Source: Pseudomonadota bacterium (GTDB lineage: Bacteria > Bdellovibrionota > FAC87 > UBA2466). From it: DNA of 64,000 bases. Location of the stretch: contig JAYSWN010000068.1 of NCBI GenBank assembly GCA_043718025.1, positions 32,001 to 96,000 on the forward strand, written 5' to 3'. The translations under genes were made by a program, and so were the position numbers. Of the stretch, positions 1 through 8,912 are shown piece after piece (positions within the stretch are counted from its first letter, which is position 1; every line of letters begins with the position of its first letter). The notes below the pieces were generated by a model, which had not been told where the DNA came from, did no database searches, and worked only from the letters and a program-made list of their open reading frames with translations.

Positions 1-5
1 CTGTC

Positions 6-1826
6 ATGTCTTTGACGTGTGAAACCAAAGGGCCATACCTCCGGGTTTGGTTTGACACTCCCAATTCTGAAATTAATATTTTCGACCATCCTACCGCTGA
101 AGCACTAACCAAAATTTTGGCAATCGTTGACCCTAGGATTCACAAAGCGGTTCTGTTTCTTTCCAGCAAACCGGCAAGTTACATCAACGGAGTTGGGCTG
201 CTTTTGGCCAGCGCAATTAAGAACGCCGACGAGGCGATTAAGTTAACCGCACCCACTCGCCAGGCCTATCTAGCGGTTAAAAATTGCATTGTTCCAACGG
301 TGGCCGTGGTCAAGGGCAGCTGCTTTGGATGCGGAGTTGAATTCATTTCACATTGCACGTACCGGGTGGCCGTCGAATCATTAGAAACTACTTTCTACAT
401 GACAGAAATTCCTGAATACATTTTTGTTCCTGCATTCGGAGGCACTCAGCTTCTTCCCCCCCTGGTGGGCTTAGAGAAAGCTACCGATCTGATTTTGTGG
501 GGTGAAAAGTGGGACACGCCTACCGCGAAGAGATTTGGTCTGCTCAATGAAACTGTCCCTCTGCTGAATTGGGAACGAAATTTAGAAAAACTTTTGCCAA
601 AACTAATCGAAAAAAAAATGGAGAGAAAGAAAGCGCCGAAGAAGACGCACGAGTCTTTGTGGACCAAGACCGAAGGGCGCATTCTTTCGTTACCGCCTTC
701 CTACCAAAAACCGTATCATGACGCCTATCACCTACTCCAGATTGGCGCGGCGGCTGACGCTTTTAACGAACTCACTTCGCGACGAGAACTTAAGGCGTCG
801 ATGGAAAGCGTGATGCGAAACGAGAGCAAGATGGCGCTCTCATTTTTCTTTGTGCGACAGTCTGCTCGCCTGATTGCAGAAAAAGGGCGCCTCGATAACC
901 AACGGGCAATTCTAAATCTGCGATTGCCCAAGGCCGCTATGGCTTGGGGCAGGTCATTGGTAAACCAGGATCCCGAGAGCTTTAGCTTCAAACTTCAGAG
1001 TTACGTGCCCGGCCGGGCGGCTGGCGTTTTTCTTGAAACCGGAAACAGTGAGTCCATTCCCTTCTACGTAGGTAGCGCTCCTTTAAACCAAAGGCGAAAC
1101 GAAGTTCCCCGCCACGGCGTTTACTGGCCCGGCTATCAGAGCCAATGCAAACTGGTCGAGATCCGCAACGTGGTTTCACCCTTGGCCCGGGCCGAGGTGG
1201 CGTTTTGTTTCCATAAAATGGGTTTTACGACGGTAGTTTCCCACGGCGAAGGGGGATTTTTTCTAGACGAGCTGTGGAAAAATACGGTTGGGGGGTTGGC
1301 GTCTCTTTGTGAGCATTCGGTCTCTCCTGAGGAGGTCATCGAATCGCTGTGCGATTTTGGCTTCCTTGATTTTCCGGCAACTTGGGCCAAGCGCTTTGGA
1401 ACATCGCTTACTTCATCCATTTCAAGGGCGGCGGCCGGCAATCAGAGGAAGGATCCACAAACCGGAGACAAGGTGCGGGCTTGGGCGGAGCGTTTGCAAA
1501 AGTCTCCGCGGCAGGTCGCCAAGACGGGAACCAGCATTAACCCAATTGTCGTTAAAACCCTCGTGGCCTGGTGGATGAGTGTTGTGGTGAAAACGTTCTC
1601 GGATTCAAAGATCGCCCATTTGGCGTTTGCCGATGTGGCGGCCCGCGAAATGTTGGGTTTCCCCCTGTCGCACTTAAGTCTTTCGCGTTTTGCTACCAAG
1701 AAATGGCTTAGAAGCGAGGTGCTGGCTTCGCATGAAGTGCTAGGGCAATTGCCGCCGGAAGTGGCTGACCCTCTTCGCTATTACACTGATTTCGAAACGG
1801 TGCGATCGCCGCGTCAGAGATCGTGA
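6..1826 (+). CDS. Enoyl-CoA hydratase/isomerase (crotonase) domain protein with FadB/FadJ-like architecture and a degenerate C-terminal dehydrogenase region
   Basis: PTVAVVKGSCFGCGVEF...MTE...PAFGGTQLLPPLVG matches the crotonase core of FadJ/FadB, with both catalytic Glu kept. Later LVEI and GGFFLD remnants resemble 3-hydroxyacyl-CoA dehydrogenase, but there is no GxGxxG. Confidence 0.75.
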   Translation: MSLTCETKGPYLRVWFDTPNSEINIFDHPTAEALTKILAIVDPRIHKAVLFLSSKPASYINGVGLLLASAIKNADEAIKLTAPTRQAYLAVKNCIVPTVAVVKGSCFGCGVEFISHCTYRVAVESLETTFYMTEIPEYIFVPAFGGTQLLPPLVGLEKATDLILWGEKWDTPTAKRFGLLNETVPLLNWERNLEKLLPKLIEKKMERKKAPKKTHESLWTKTEGRILSLPPSYQKPYHDAYHLLQIGAAADAFNELTSRRELKASMESVMRNESKMALSFFFVRQSARLIAEKGRLDNQRAILNLRLPKAAMAWGRSLVNQDPESFSFKLQSYVPGRAAGVFLETGNSESIPFYVGSAPLNQRRNEVPRHGVYWPGYQSQCKLVEIRNVVSPLARAEVAFCFHKMGFTTVVSHGEGGFFLDELWKNTVGGLASLCEHSVSPEEVIESLCDFGFLDFPATWAKRFGTSLTSSISRAAAGNQRKDPQTGDKVRAWAERLQKSPRQVAKTGTSINPIVVKTLVAWWMSVVVKTFSDSKIAHLAFADVAAREMLGFPLSHLSLSRFATKKWLRSEVLASHEVLGQLPPEVADPLRYYTDFETVRSPRQRS

Positions 1827-1834
1827 AGGTTTCT

Positions 1835-1861
1835 TAACTTTTGCCCGCCAAATACCGATAG
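1835..1861 (+). promoter_or_regulatory. Putative sigma28 (FliA-type) promoter
   Basis: TAAC-N15-ACCGATAG versus consensus TAAA-N15-GCCGATAA, followed by RBS GAGGA (1871-1875) and GTG start at 1884. Confidence 0.55.
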
Positions 1862-1883
1862 GGAACATTAGAGGACCCTTATC

Positions 1884-4800
1884 GTGTTACAGCAAACCAC
1901 CGATACTGCGCAGGAAACTCTCCCTGCACTTGGCGAAAATCTTTCGCTGATGTGGGAGAGAATTTCCCGTTTCGCGCAATCTGATCCTAAAAGAGTCGCT
2001 TTGAGCCGTCTTTCGGCTCGCGGCGGTGAATTTACTGAAGACACTATCACCTACGGAAAATTGGAGCACGAAGCTCTCTCATTGGCGGTCTACTTTAAAT
2101 CGCGCGGCTACTCCAAGGGGTCGTGTGTTCTTATGCTCGTTGAAGACCCCATTGATTTTGTCACCACACTTCTGGGGTTAACCCGGGCGGGTCTGGTGCC
2201 GGTTCCGCTTCCTCCCTTTCGCGGATTCGGGCGGATGCCGGCTTTTGAAGAGCGCTTGCAGGGAGTGGTGCGAGTCTGCCGGCCATGCCTCGTGGTTTCC
2301 GATGACACTCATTCGTGGAAAAAGAACAAAGACGAGATGGTGGCGCAGATTCCCTGCGAACACATCAGTCACGTTCGCGCTGAGTCTCTCATCCGCGAGA
2401 AACTTAAGGAAGATCGTGACCTTCCCTTGCCCACCAAAGACGACATCGCCTTTTTACAATTCACCTCGGGGAGTACCGGAGAACCCAAGGGCGTTGTCAT
2501 CACTCACGAAAATTTAGCGGCCAATCTAACGGCGATGGGTCTGGCGACCGAATTTCGAGCCGATTCCGATCGTGTCGTGTCTTGGCTTCCTCTCCATCAT
2601 GACATGGGCCTAGTGGGAGGCCTGTTATTCCCCCTTTATTGGAAAGTGCCCACCTACTTGATGTCACCTTTGAACTTCGTGGCTCAGCCATCGAGCTGGC
2701 TCTGGGCAATTCACCGCTATCACGCCACGATGACGGTGGGCCCTAACTTCGCCTATTCAGTGTTGGTAAAGCGGGCTCCGGACTGGGAACTAACTGGTCT
2801 CGACCTTTCTACATTGCGCTTGGCTTTCTGTGGCGCCGAACCCATCGATAGCAAAGTGATTACCCAGTTCAATCGGCGATTTTCTGCCTTCGGAGTCCGT
2901 TCCAGCGCCTTCTTTCCGGTATATGGAATGGCCGAAGCCACGCTCGCCGTAACTTTTCCTCCGTTGAATCAAGAAGCAGTTTATGAAAACGTGAATCGGG
3001 CTCACCTCATTGAGAATGCCGAGGCCATCGTTTCTTTACAGGATTCTACCATTCCTTGCGTTTCTGTCGGCCAGCCTTTGCCAGGTCACAAGGTGAGCAT
3101 TCGCAGTTTAGAGACTGATGAAGTGCTTGGAGATCGAAAGGTCGGTGAGATCGTCGTGTCCGGCCCCTCGATCAGTCGCGGCTATTTTGGTTTACCGCTG
3201 CGCTCTGGAGAATTGAAAACCGGCGACATTGGCTATCAGGCCAACGGAACTCTTTTTGTTATCGATCGCAAGAAAGATCTGATCATCATTGCCGGTCAGA
3301 ACTATTATCCCTCAGATTTGGAGCGTCATCTGGCGATGGTGGCTGGCATTCGCACGGGACGAGTCGCCACTTTCTCAGTCTCTAACGGTAGCGAGATTGA
3401 AGAGCTGGTAGTCGTAGCGGAACTCGGCCCTCATTCCTTCTCGCAACGCGATCAGATCCGACGCGAAATTGAAGGTAAAATTCATGAAACGTTTGGTCTT
3501 TCGGTCGCAAAAATAATTTTCGTCATGCCTGGCCGTCTCCCCAAAACCACAAGCGGGAAGATTCGTCGGAAAGAGTGTGCCGAAATTTACGAACGCGGCG
3601 GATTCGCGAACCAATTTACCAAAGCACAAAGGGCATCACTGGCGGTTAAGAGCGGGCTTCGGCGTATCGTAATGCGACTCGTTCGCCTCAAAGCAGATGG
3701 CTGGAAACAGGTTTTCGACCAGGTCATGGAAGTCATCGAGTATTTTGTGCCGCCCGCGCTTCGCCAGGCCGATGCCGAGACCAAACGCCGCGCCAACTTG
3801 GTCGTCTTCTTTGCCTTTGCGGTTTCATTTTGGGCACCGGTATATGGCGCCGTATACGCTTTTGTATTGGAACTCCCGGTTGTTGGTTTCGCTATCTTGC
3901 TCGCCGGGGTCGGTGGCGCCGTGGTGCCGATATTGTTGCGCTTCACCGGGCGCATCAACCTTGCCGGTAATCTGTTAACCTTTCATTTGTTTTGGATCTT
4001 GTCTTACGCCGCGTGGTACAGCGGGGGACAAGGGTCGGCCCCTTTGATGTGGATGGTAGCGGTTCCCATGGTTGCCATTTGCATGTCCGGAACGAAGGCC
4101 GGAGTCCATTGGGGCGTAGCCGCCCTGGTCGAGCTTTTGGCCTTTTTTTGTTTCGATAAATTGGGCTGGGGAAGTCCACATGAATTGAGCGTGGATAAAG
4201 CGCGCTTTTTAAATACTTCGGTACTATGCGGATTGCTCACTTTGATTACTACGCTGACGTTGCTCTATGAAGCGATGAAAAAAATGGCAATGCAAACGAT
4301 CGAGGCCAACAATAAAGCGATCGCAAAGGGCCACGCTCGTTTGGGAGCCGTTTTAGATCACGCGCCAAACGGCATTGTTACCGTGGACCAGTTTGGCGCA
4401 ATCGAAACCAGCAATCGGGCTGCGGAGCAAATGTTTGGTTTCACGAGCGGCGAGCTTAAAGGAAAACCTTTCAATTCTTTGTTGGTGCGGCTTTCTCTAG
4501 TTCATGGCGAAGAGACAATCGAGGTGCCGGCTTTTCGCGATCTGTTCAAATCAGGCGGTAAACATTTTGAGGCGGTGGCCACCAACCGGGCCGGCAGCAC
4601 CTTTGCGGTGGAATTCGGGGTGAGTGAGGCTGCGCTCGACCATTGGCGAATTTATACCATCATAATTGAAGATGTTACTGACCGTAAGCGTGCGGGTATG
4701 GAGTTGTTGAGGGCAAAAGAAATTGCGGAGGCCGCAAATATAGCAAAATCTACGTTTCTTGCGAATATGTCGCACGAGCTGCGCACGCCGATGCACGGTA

Positions 4801-5462
4801 TCATCAGCTACGCCACATTCGGTCGGCGCGAATATCAAAAAGCATCTCCAGAAAAAATCTCGGGCTACTTTCAACACATTTTAGAAAGCGCCCACCGGTT
4901 GCTTAGTCTGCTGAATAATCTATTAGATCTTTCAAAATTCGAAGCTAATAAAATGAGATTTCAGCTCATCAAGGCAGATTTGGCACGGGTAGTGGAAATG
5001 GTTCATGGAGAATTGGCCGGCTACGCTAAAGAAAAAAGCGTGGAAATTTTATTCGAAAGACCAGCCAAACCGATAGCCTGTGCGTTTGATGACGAAAAGA
5101 TATCCCAAGTGGTCCGTAATCTGTTTTCGAACGCGATCAAATTTTCAAATCCGCAAACTGCGATTAAAATTGAAATTGGTTATACTGAACTGCCGCAGCG
5201 TGGAGTCTATTTTGCAATCACAAATCAGGGTGTCGGAATTCCCGCCAACGAATTAGAACTTATTTTTGATAAGTTTGTACAAAGCAGTAAAACCCATTCT
5301 GGTTCCGGTGGTACGGGCTTAGGCCTGGCGATATGCCGCGAAATTTTGAATGGGCATAAAGGCAAAATATTTGCGTCGAATGACAATGATGGACGAACCC
5401 GATTCACATTCATTCTACCTGCACAAGTTGAAGTCCTTGCAAAAAATCTGGAGGCAGCATGA
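1884..5462 (+). CDS. Fusion protein: fatty acyl-AMP ligase (FAAL) + multi-TM sensor domain + PAS + histidine kinase (HisKA/HATPase_c)
   Basis: FAAL motifs LQFTSGSTGEPKGV, SWLPLHHDMGL, YGMAEATLAV plus insertion, KTGDIG, PKTTSGK; 5-6 hydrophobic helices with SGG..SAP..W; PAS (NRAAEQMFGF); H-box ANMSHELRTP, N-box NLFSNAIKF, G-box GGTGLGLAI; all in one frame. Confidence 0.9.
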   Translation: MLQQTTDTAQETLPALGENLSLMWERISRFAQSDPKRVALSRLSARGGEFTEDTITYGKLEHEALSLAVYFKSRGYSKGSCVLMLVEDPIDFVTTLLGLTRAGLVPVPLPPFRGFGRMPAFEERLQGVVRVCRPCLVVSDDTHSWKKNKDEMVAQIPCEHISHVRAESLIREKLKEDRDLPLPTKDDIAFLQFTSGSTGEPKGVVITHENLAANLTAMGLATEFRADSDRVVSWLPLHHDMGLVGGLLFPLYWKVPTYLMSPLNFVAQPSSWLWAIHRYHATMTVGPNFAYSVLVKRAPDWELTGLDLSTLRLAFCGAEPIDSKVITQFNRRFSAFGVRSSAFFPVYGMAEATLAVTFPPLNQEAVYENVNRAHLIENAEAIVSLQDSTIPCVSVGQPLPGHKVSIRSLETDEVLGDRKVGEIVVSGPSISRGYFGLPLRSGELKTGDIGYQANGTLFVIDRKKDLIIIAGQNYYPSDLERHLAMVAGIRTGRVATFSVSNGSEIEELVVVAELGPHSFSQRDQIRREIEGKIHETFGLSVAKIIFVMPGRLPKTTSGKIRRKECAEIYERGGFANQFTKAQRASLAVKSGLRRIVMRLVRLKADGWKQVFDQVMEVIEYFVPPALRQADAETKRRANLVVFFAFAVSFWAPVYGAVYAFVLELPVVGFAILLAGVGGAVVPILLRFTGRINLAGNLLTFHLFWILSYAAWYSGGQGSAPLMWMVAVPMVAICMSGTKAGVHWGVAALVELLAFFCFDKLGWGSPHELSVDKARFLNTSVLCGLLTLITTLTLLYEAMKKMAMQTIEANNKAIAKGHARLGAVLDHAPNGIVTVDQFGAIETSNRAAEQMFGFTSGELKGKPFNSLLVRLSLVHGEETIEVPAFRDLFKSGGKHFEAVATNRAGSTFAVEFGVSEAALDHWRIYTIIIEDVTDRKRAGMELLRAKEIAEAANIAKSTFLANMSHELRTPMHGIISYATFGRREYQKASPEKISGYFQHILESAHRLLSLLNNLLDLSKFEANKMRFQLIKADLARVVEMVHGELAGYAKEKSVEILFERPAKPIACAFDDEKISQVVRNLFSNAIKFSNPQTAIKIEIGYTELPQRGVYFAITNQGVGIPANELELIFDKFVQSSKTHSGSGGTGLGLAICREILNGHKGKIFASNDNDGRTRFTFILPAQVEVLAKNLEAA

Positions 5463-7048
5463 GCAATGAATTGCCGAAACTTGGAAGTGTCTTGGTCGTC
5501 GATGACGATCCCCGTAACCTCGATATCATCTGCCATCTGCTGGAAGATCTGGTGAAGGAAGTGGTAACCGCAGCCGATGCTAAGGAAGCCATTCAAAAAT
5601 TGGAAACTTTCGATGCGGACCTGGGACTGTTCGACATCATGATGCCTGGCATGAACGGTTACGAACTTTGTCAGTTGGCAAAAGAGAAATATCCGCACCT
5701 TAAAGTAGTATTAGTTTCGGCCAAGGCCTCTTTAGAAGAACGCATGGCCGGCTATGACGTGGGGGCGGACGACTACATTCCCAAACCTTTCGATCACGAT
5801 GAGTTTATCGCCAAAGTACGGGTACTCATTAAACTGCAATTGGTTGAGAAGGAGCTGCGTCAATTCAACCAGGATTTAGAAACGCGGGTGCTGGAGCGTA
5901 CCCAAGAAGTACAGAACATGTACCAGCAGCTTCTCTTGTCATCGAAACTGGCTTCGTTAGGTGAGCTGTCGGCAAGTATCGCCCACGAAATTAACAATCC
6001 CCTTACCATTCTCAAAGGGAACGTTGATTACCTGCGCGAAGTGCTTGAAAAGAAAGGCTCTAAAGAACTGATTGCGGTTTTAGACCAACAAGACAAGGCG
6101 ATTGTGCGGGTGGTGAACATCATTCAGGGGCTTCGTCGCCATGCCCGCCACGATGACGCGGAAGTCGTTAGCTTTAATGTGCACAAATCAATTGAGGAGA
6201 CTCTTTCGTTGATTCGTCCCTTGCTCAGTGGCGACAACGTCGCGTTGGTTACGAATTTATCCGCCGATTCACCCTACACCCGGGGGGTTCCGACGCGATT
6301 TCAACAAATTCTGATGAATTTGGCGACCAACGCCCGTGATGCCCTTAAAGGAGTCGCTGGAGCAACAATTGAAATTTCTACCCGCAGCGTAAAAGACAAA
6401 TTAGAGATCGCGATCTCAGATAATGGCTGCGGCATTCCCGATCCAGTACGAAATAAGATCTTTGATCCGTTCTTCACGACCAAGGCAGTTGAACAAGGCA
6501 CTGGTCTAGGTCTTTCGATTGTGGGTTCGATTATTTCTGAAATGAATGGCACGGTGCAGGTGAGTTCGTCGCCCAATCGGGGGACCACTTTCACGCTATA
6601 TTTTCCCTGTCTTCGCTCGGAAGAGGTGCTGTTCCAAAAAGAGGCGGGGAGCGGGGCGGCCCCGGCCGAGATTCAGCTTAAAGGAAGAGTTTTGGTGGTG
6701 GAGGACGAAGAGGTGATTGCCCACTTGGTCAGTCGCTATTTGCAGGACCTGGGGTTAGACGTCTCCACGGTACTTAATGGCGAAGACGGTTTAGAAAAAT
6801 TGAAACACGAAACGTTCGATTTAGTTCTCACCGATATGCAGCTTCCCCATCTGAAAGGTAACGAGTTGGTGGCGGAAGCCAAGCGGCTGGGACGATGGGG
6901 TAAAACTCGGGTCGTGGCGGTTACCGGACAGGTCGATCCGGCGCTGGCGCCTAAGGATGGAAAAAGAGGGGTGGTTGGTTTTGACGGCCTGCTTTCCAAG
7001 CCGTTCTCGAAAGGCGATGTTTATGCGATCGTTCGAGACCTTTTATAG
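5459..7048 (+). CDS. Hybrid sensor kinase/response regulator (REC-HisKA-HATPase-REC)
   Basis: VLVVDDD..FDIMMPGMNG..DYIPKPF; SIAHEINNPL; FFTTK..GTGLGL; second receiver VLVVEDE..LTDMQLP..LSKPF. ATGA overlap with the upstream gene. Confidence 0.93.
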   Translation: MSNELPKLGSVLVVDDDPRNLDIICHLLEDLVKEVVTAADAKEAIQKLETFDADLGLFDIMMPGMNGYELCQLAKEKYPHLKVVLVSAKASLEERMAGYDVGADDYIPKPFDHDEFIAKVRVLIKLQLVEKELRQFNQDLETRVLERTQEVQNMYQQLLLSSKLASLGELSASIAHEINNPLTILKGNVDYLREVLEKKGSKELIAVLDQQDKAIVRVVNIIQGLRRHARHDDAEVVSFNVHKSIEETLSLIRPLLSGDNVALVTNLSADSPYTRGVPTRFQQILMNLATNARDALKGVAGATIEISTRSVKDKLEIAISDNGCGIPDPVRNKIFDPFFTTKAVEQGTGLGLSIVGSIISEMNGTVQVSSSPNRGTTFTLYFPCLRSEEVLFQKEAGSGAAPAEIQLKGRVLVVEDEEVIAHLVSRYLQDLGLDVSTVLNGEDGLEKLKHETFDLVLTDMQLPHLKGNELVAEAKRLGRWGKTRVVAVTGQVDPALAPKDGKRGVVGFDGLLSKPFSKGDVYAIVRDLL

Positions 7049-7775
7049 CTTTTCACAACCCTTACCCCCCCTACTCCAACTCGAGGAGGGCGAGGTTCAA
7101 GTGGTTCGTTTGAATATTGAGGAGCTGCGTCCTTTTCTGCGCGAGCTTCATGGCATTTTGACGCCTGAAGAACTTAAGCGCGCCACGCTCTTTCGCTATC
7201 CCAAAGATGGCGATGGCTTCATTTTGGTGCGTGGAGCGCTGCGGTTGATCTTGGGCCGTTATGCGGGGGTACACCCGCAAGAGATAGAGTTTGATCACAA
7301 CTCCCAAGGTAAACCGCGTCTGGTTAAGTCGCAAAACGACATGGGTCTGGAATTTAATGTCTCGTTTTCTGGTTCCATTGCCATTTACGCGTTTGCAAAG
7401 GGGATTTCCCTCGGAATTGATGTAGAGCAGCGCGATTCAAAACTAGATTTTAAAAGCGTAAAAGATCGGTTTTTGGACAAGATCGATTTCAATTTTTTGG
7501 AAGGGTTGCCGGAACTGCTCAAACGGGATGGCTTCTTTGCGTTGTGGACCCTGCGCGAGGCGGCCGCCAAAGCGGAAGGGGAAGGTATTTTTTTCAAAGC
7601 GGTAAACCGCCCCCTCCCACTCGATCACTGGACGGCAGTTTCCTTTTTTCCGGGCGCTGGTTACTCCGCCACTTTAGTGATGGAGCAGAAAGCCGAAGGT
7701 GGCAGCCGCCACGTTACTTTTTGGAGTTGGTCTAACACCGCCGTCGGCCTCTCGCACGGACCTGATCTTGAATAG
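7017..7775 (+). CDS. Sfp/HetI-type 4'-phosphopantetheinyl transferase
   Basis: GKP, FNVSFS, LGIDVE and WTLREAAAKAEGEG motifs. Start uncertain (6957, 7017 or 7023). Confidence 0.88.
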   Translation: MFMRSFETFYSFSQPLPPLLQLEEGEVQVVRLNIEELRPFLRELHGILTPEELKRATLFRYPKDGDGFILVRGALRLILGRYAGVHPQEIEFDHNSQGKPRLVKSQNDMGLEFNVSFSGSIAIYAFAKGISLGIDVEQRDSKLDFKSVKDRFLDKIDFNFLEGLPELLKRDGFFALWTLREAAAKAEGEGIFFKAVNRPLPLDHWTAVSFFPGAGYSATLVMEQKAEGGSRHVTFWSWSNTAVGLSHGPDLE

Positions 7776-7784
7776 GAGTTTTCT

Positions 7785-8912
7785 ATGCCCGAGATGATTA
7801 CCGAAAGACCCCGAATTCTTCTGGTGGATGACGAGAAGGAGATCGCCCAAGTGATCTCTCGCCTTCTGGACATTCATGGTTTTGATGTCACTCTGGCCCA
7901 CACCGCGCAAGAGGCGTTGGACAGTATGGAGACCCAACTTCCCGAGCTGGTGCTTTCCGATGTGGTGATGCCCGGCAAAGATGGTTATGCGCTCTGTGGA
8001 GAGATTCGTCGGCGCTATGAAGATAAAGTGGTTCCCATCATCCTGATTACGGGTAAGGACTGGAGCGGTGAACGGGCTCGTGGCCTAGAAGCCGGCGCTG
8101 ACGACCTCATTACCAAACCCATTGATAAGAATGAACTGCTTAACCGAATTCATTCCCTCGTAAAAATGAAAACGTTGCACGATTCCGTGGAGTCGCAAGC
8201 GCACAAACTTGCCGCCAAGGGGGCCGAACTCGAGACTAAAGTTAATGTGCAAACCAATCAGTTGGGTCAGCTAAAACGGTTTTTCTCCCCGCAGATTGCC
8301 GATTTTGTGCTTTCGCACGCTTCCGAAGCAGTTTTTCAATCGCGTCGAAAAGACGTAACCGTAGTTTTTTTGGATCTGCGTGGCTTTACCGCCTTCGCCG
8401 AAAAGGCGCTCCCGGAACAAGTAATGGAGGTTCTCGGTGAGTATTATGCAACCGCTGGCGATATCGCCCTTAAATTCAATGGCTCGATCGGTCGTTTGGC
8501 CGGGGATGGCATGATGTTTTTCTTGAATGATCCGGTTGAGATTCCCAACCACGCGGTGCGAGCGGTGGAAATGGCTTTGGCCATGCGCGAAGCCATGATT
8601 CGCTTGCGCGGCCAATGGGTTCCCAAAGGGTATGAGTTAGACTTTGGCATCGGCATGGCCACCGGCCGTGCCACTATCGGTGCCGTCGGCTTTGAGAAAT
8701 ATTGGGATTATACCGTCATCGGGTCGGTTACCAACTTGGCTTCCCGTCTTTGCGATGAAGCGAAATCGGGTCAAATTCTCGCTTCCGAGCGTTTTTTGGG
8801 CGATACCGCCAATGGTTTTCGCACCCAACCGTTGGGCGTCGTGCCGCTCAAAGGGTTTGGTAATCCGGTTAAGATCTTTAACATCTTGGCTAAAAAGACT
8901 GACGAAAAATGA
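7785..8912 (+). CDS. Response-regulator receiver + class III adenylate/guanylate cyclase
   Basis: REC (LLVDDE, LSDVVMP, ITKP); cyclase motifs FLDLRGFT, AGDG, DYTVIGSVTNLASRL; RBS AGGAG. Confidence 0.92.
   Translation: MPEMITERPRILLVDDEKEIAQVISRLLDIHGFDVTLAHTAQEALDSMETQLPELVLSDVVMPGKDGYALCGEIRRRYEDKVVPIILITGKDWSGERARGLEAGADDLITKPIDKNELLNRIHSLVKMKTLHDSVESQAHKLAAKGAELETKVNVQTNQLGQLKRFFSPQIADFVLSHASEAVFQSRRKDVTVVFLDLRGFTAFAEKALPEQVMEVLGEYYATAGDIALKFNGSIGRLAGDGMMFFLNDPVEIPNHAVRAVEMALAMREAMIRLRGQWVPKGYELDFGIGMATGRATIGAVGFEKYWDYTVIGSVTNLASRLCDEAKSGQILASERFLGDTANGFRTQPLGVVPLKGFGNPVKIFNILAKKTDEK

Noticed and set aside
6..5462. Direct orthology to the DSF rpfF/rpfB/rpfC system
   Set aside because: The crotonase is FadB-like and twice the size of RpfF, the ligase is FAAL-type rather than an acyl-CoA ligase, and the kinase lacks REC/HPt. 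Analogy only.
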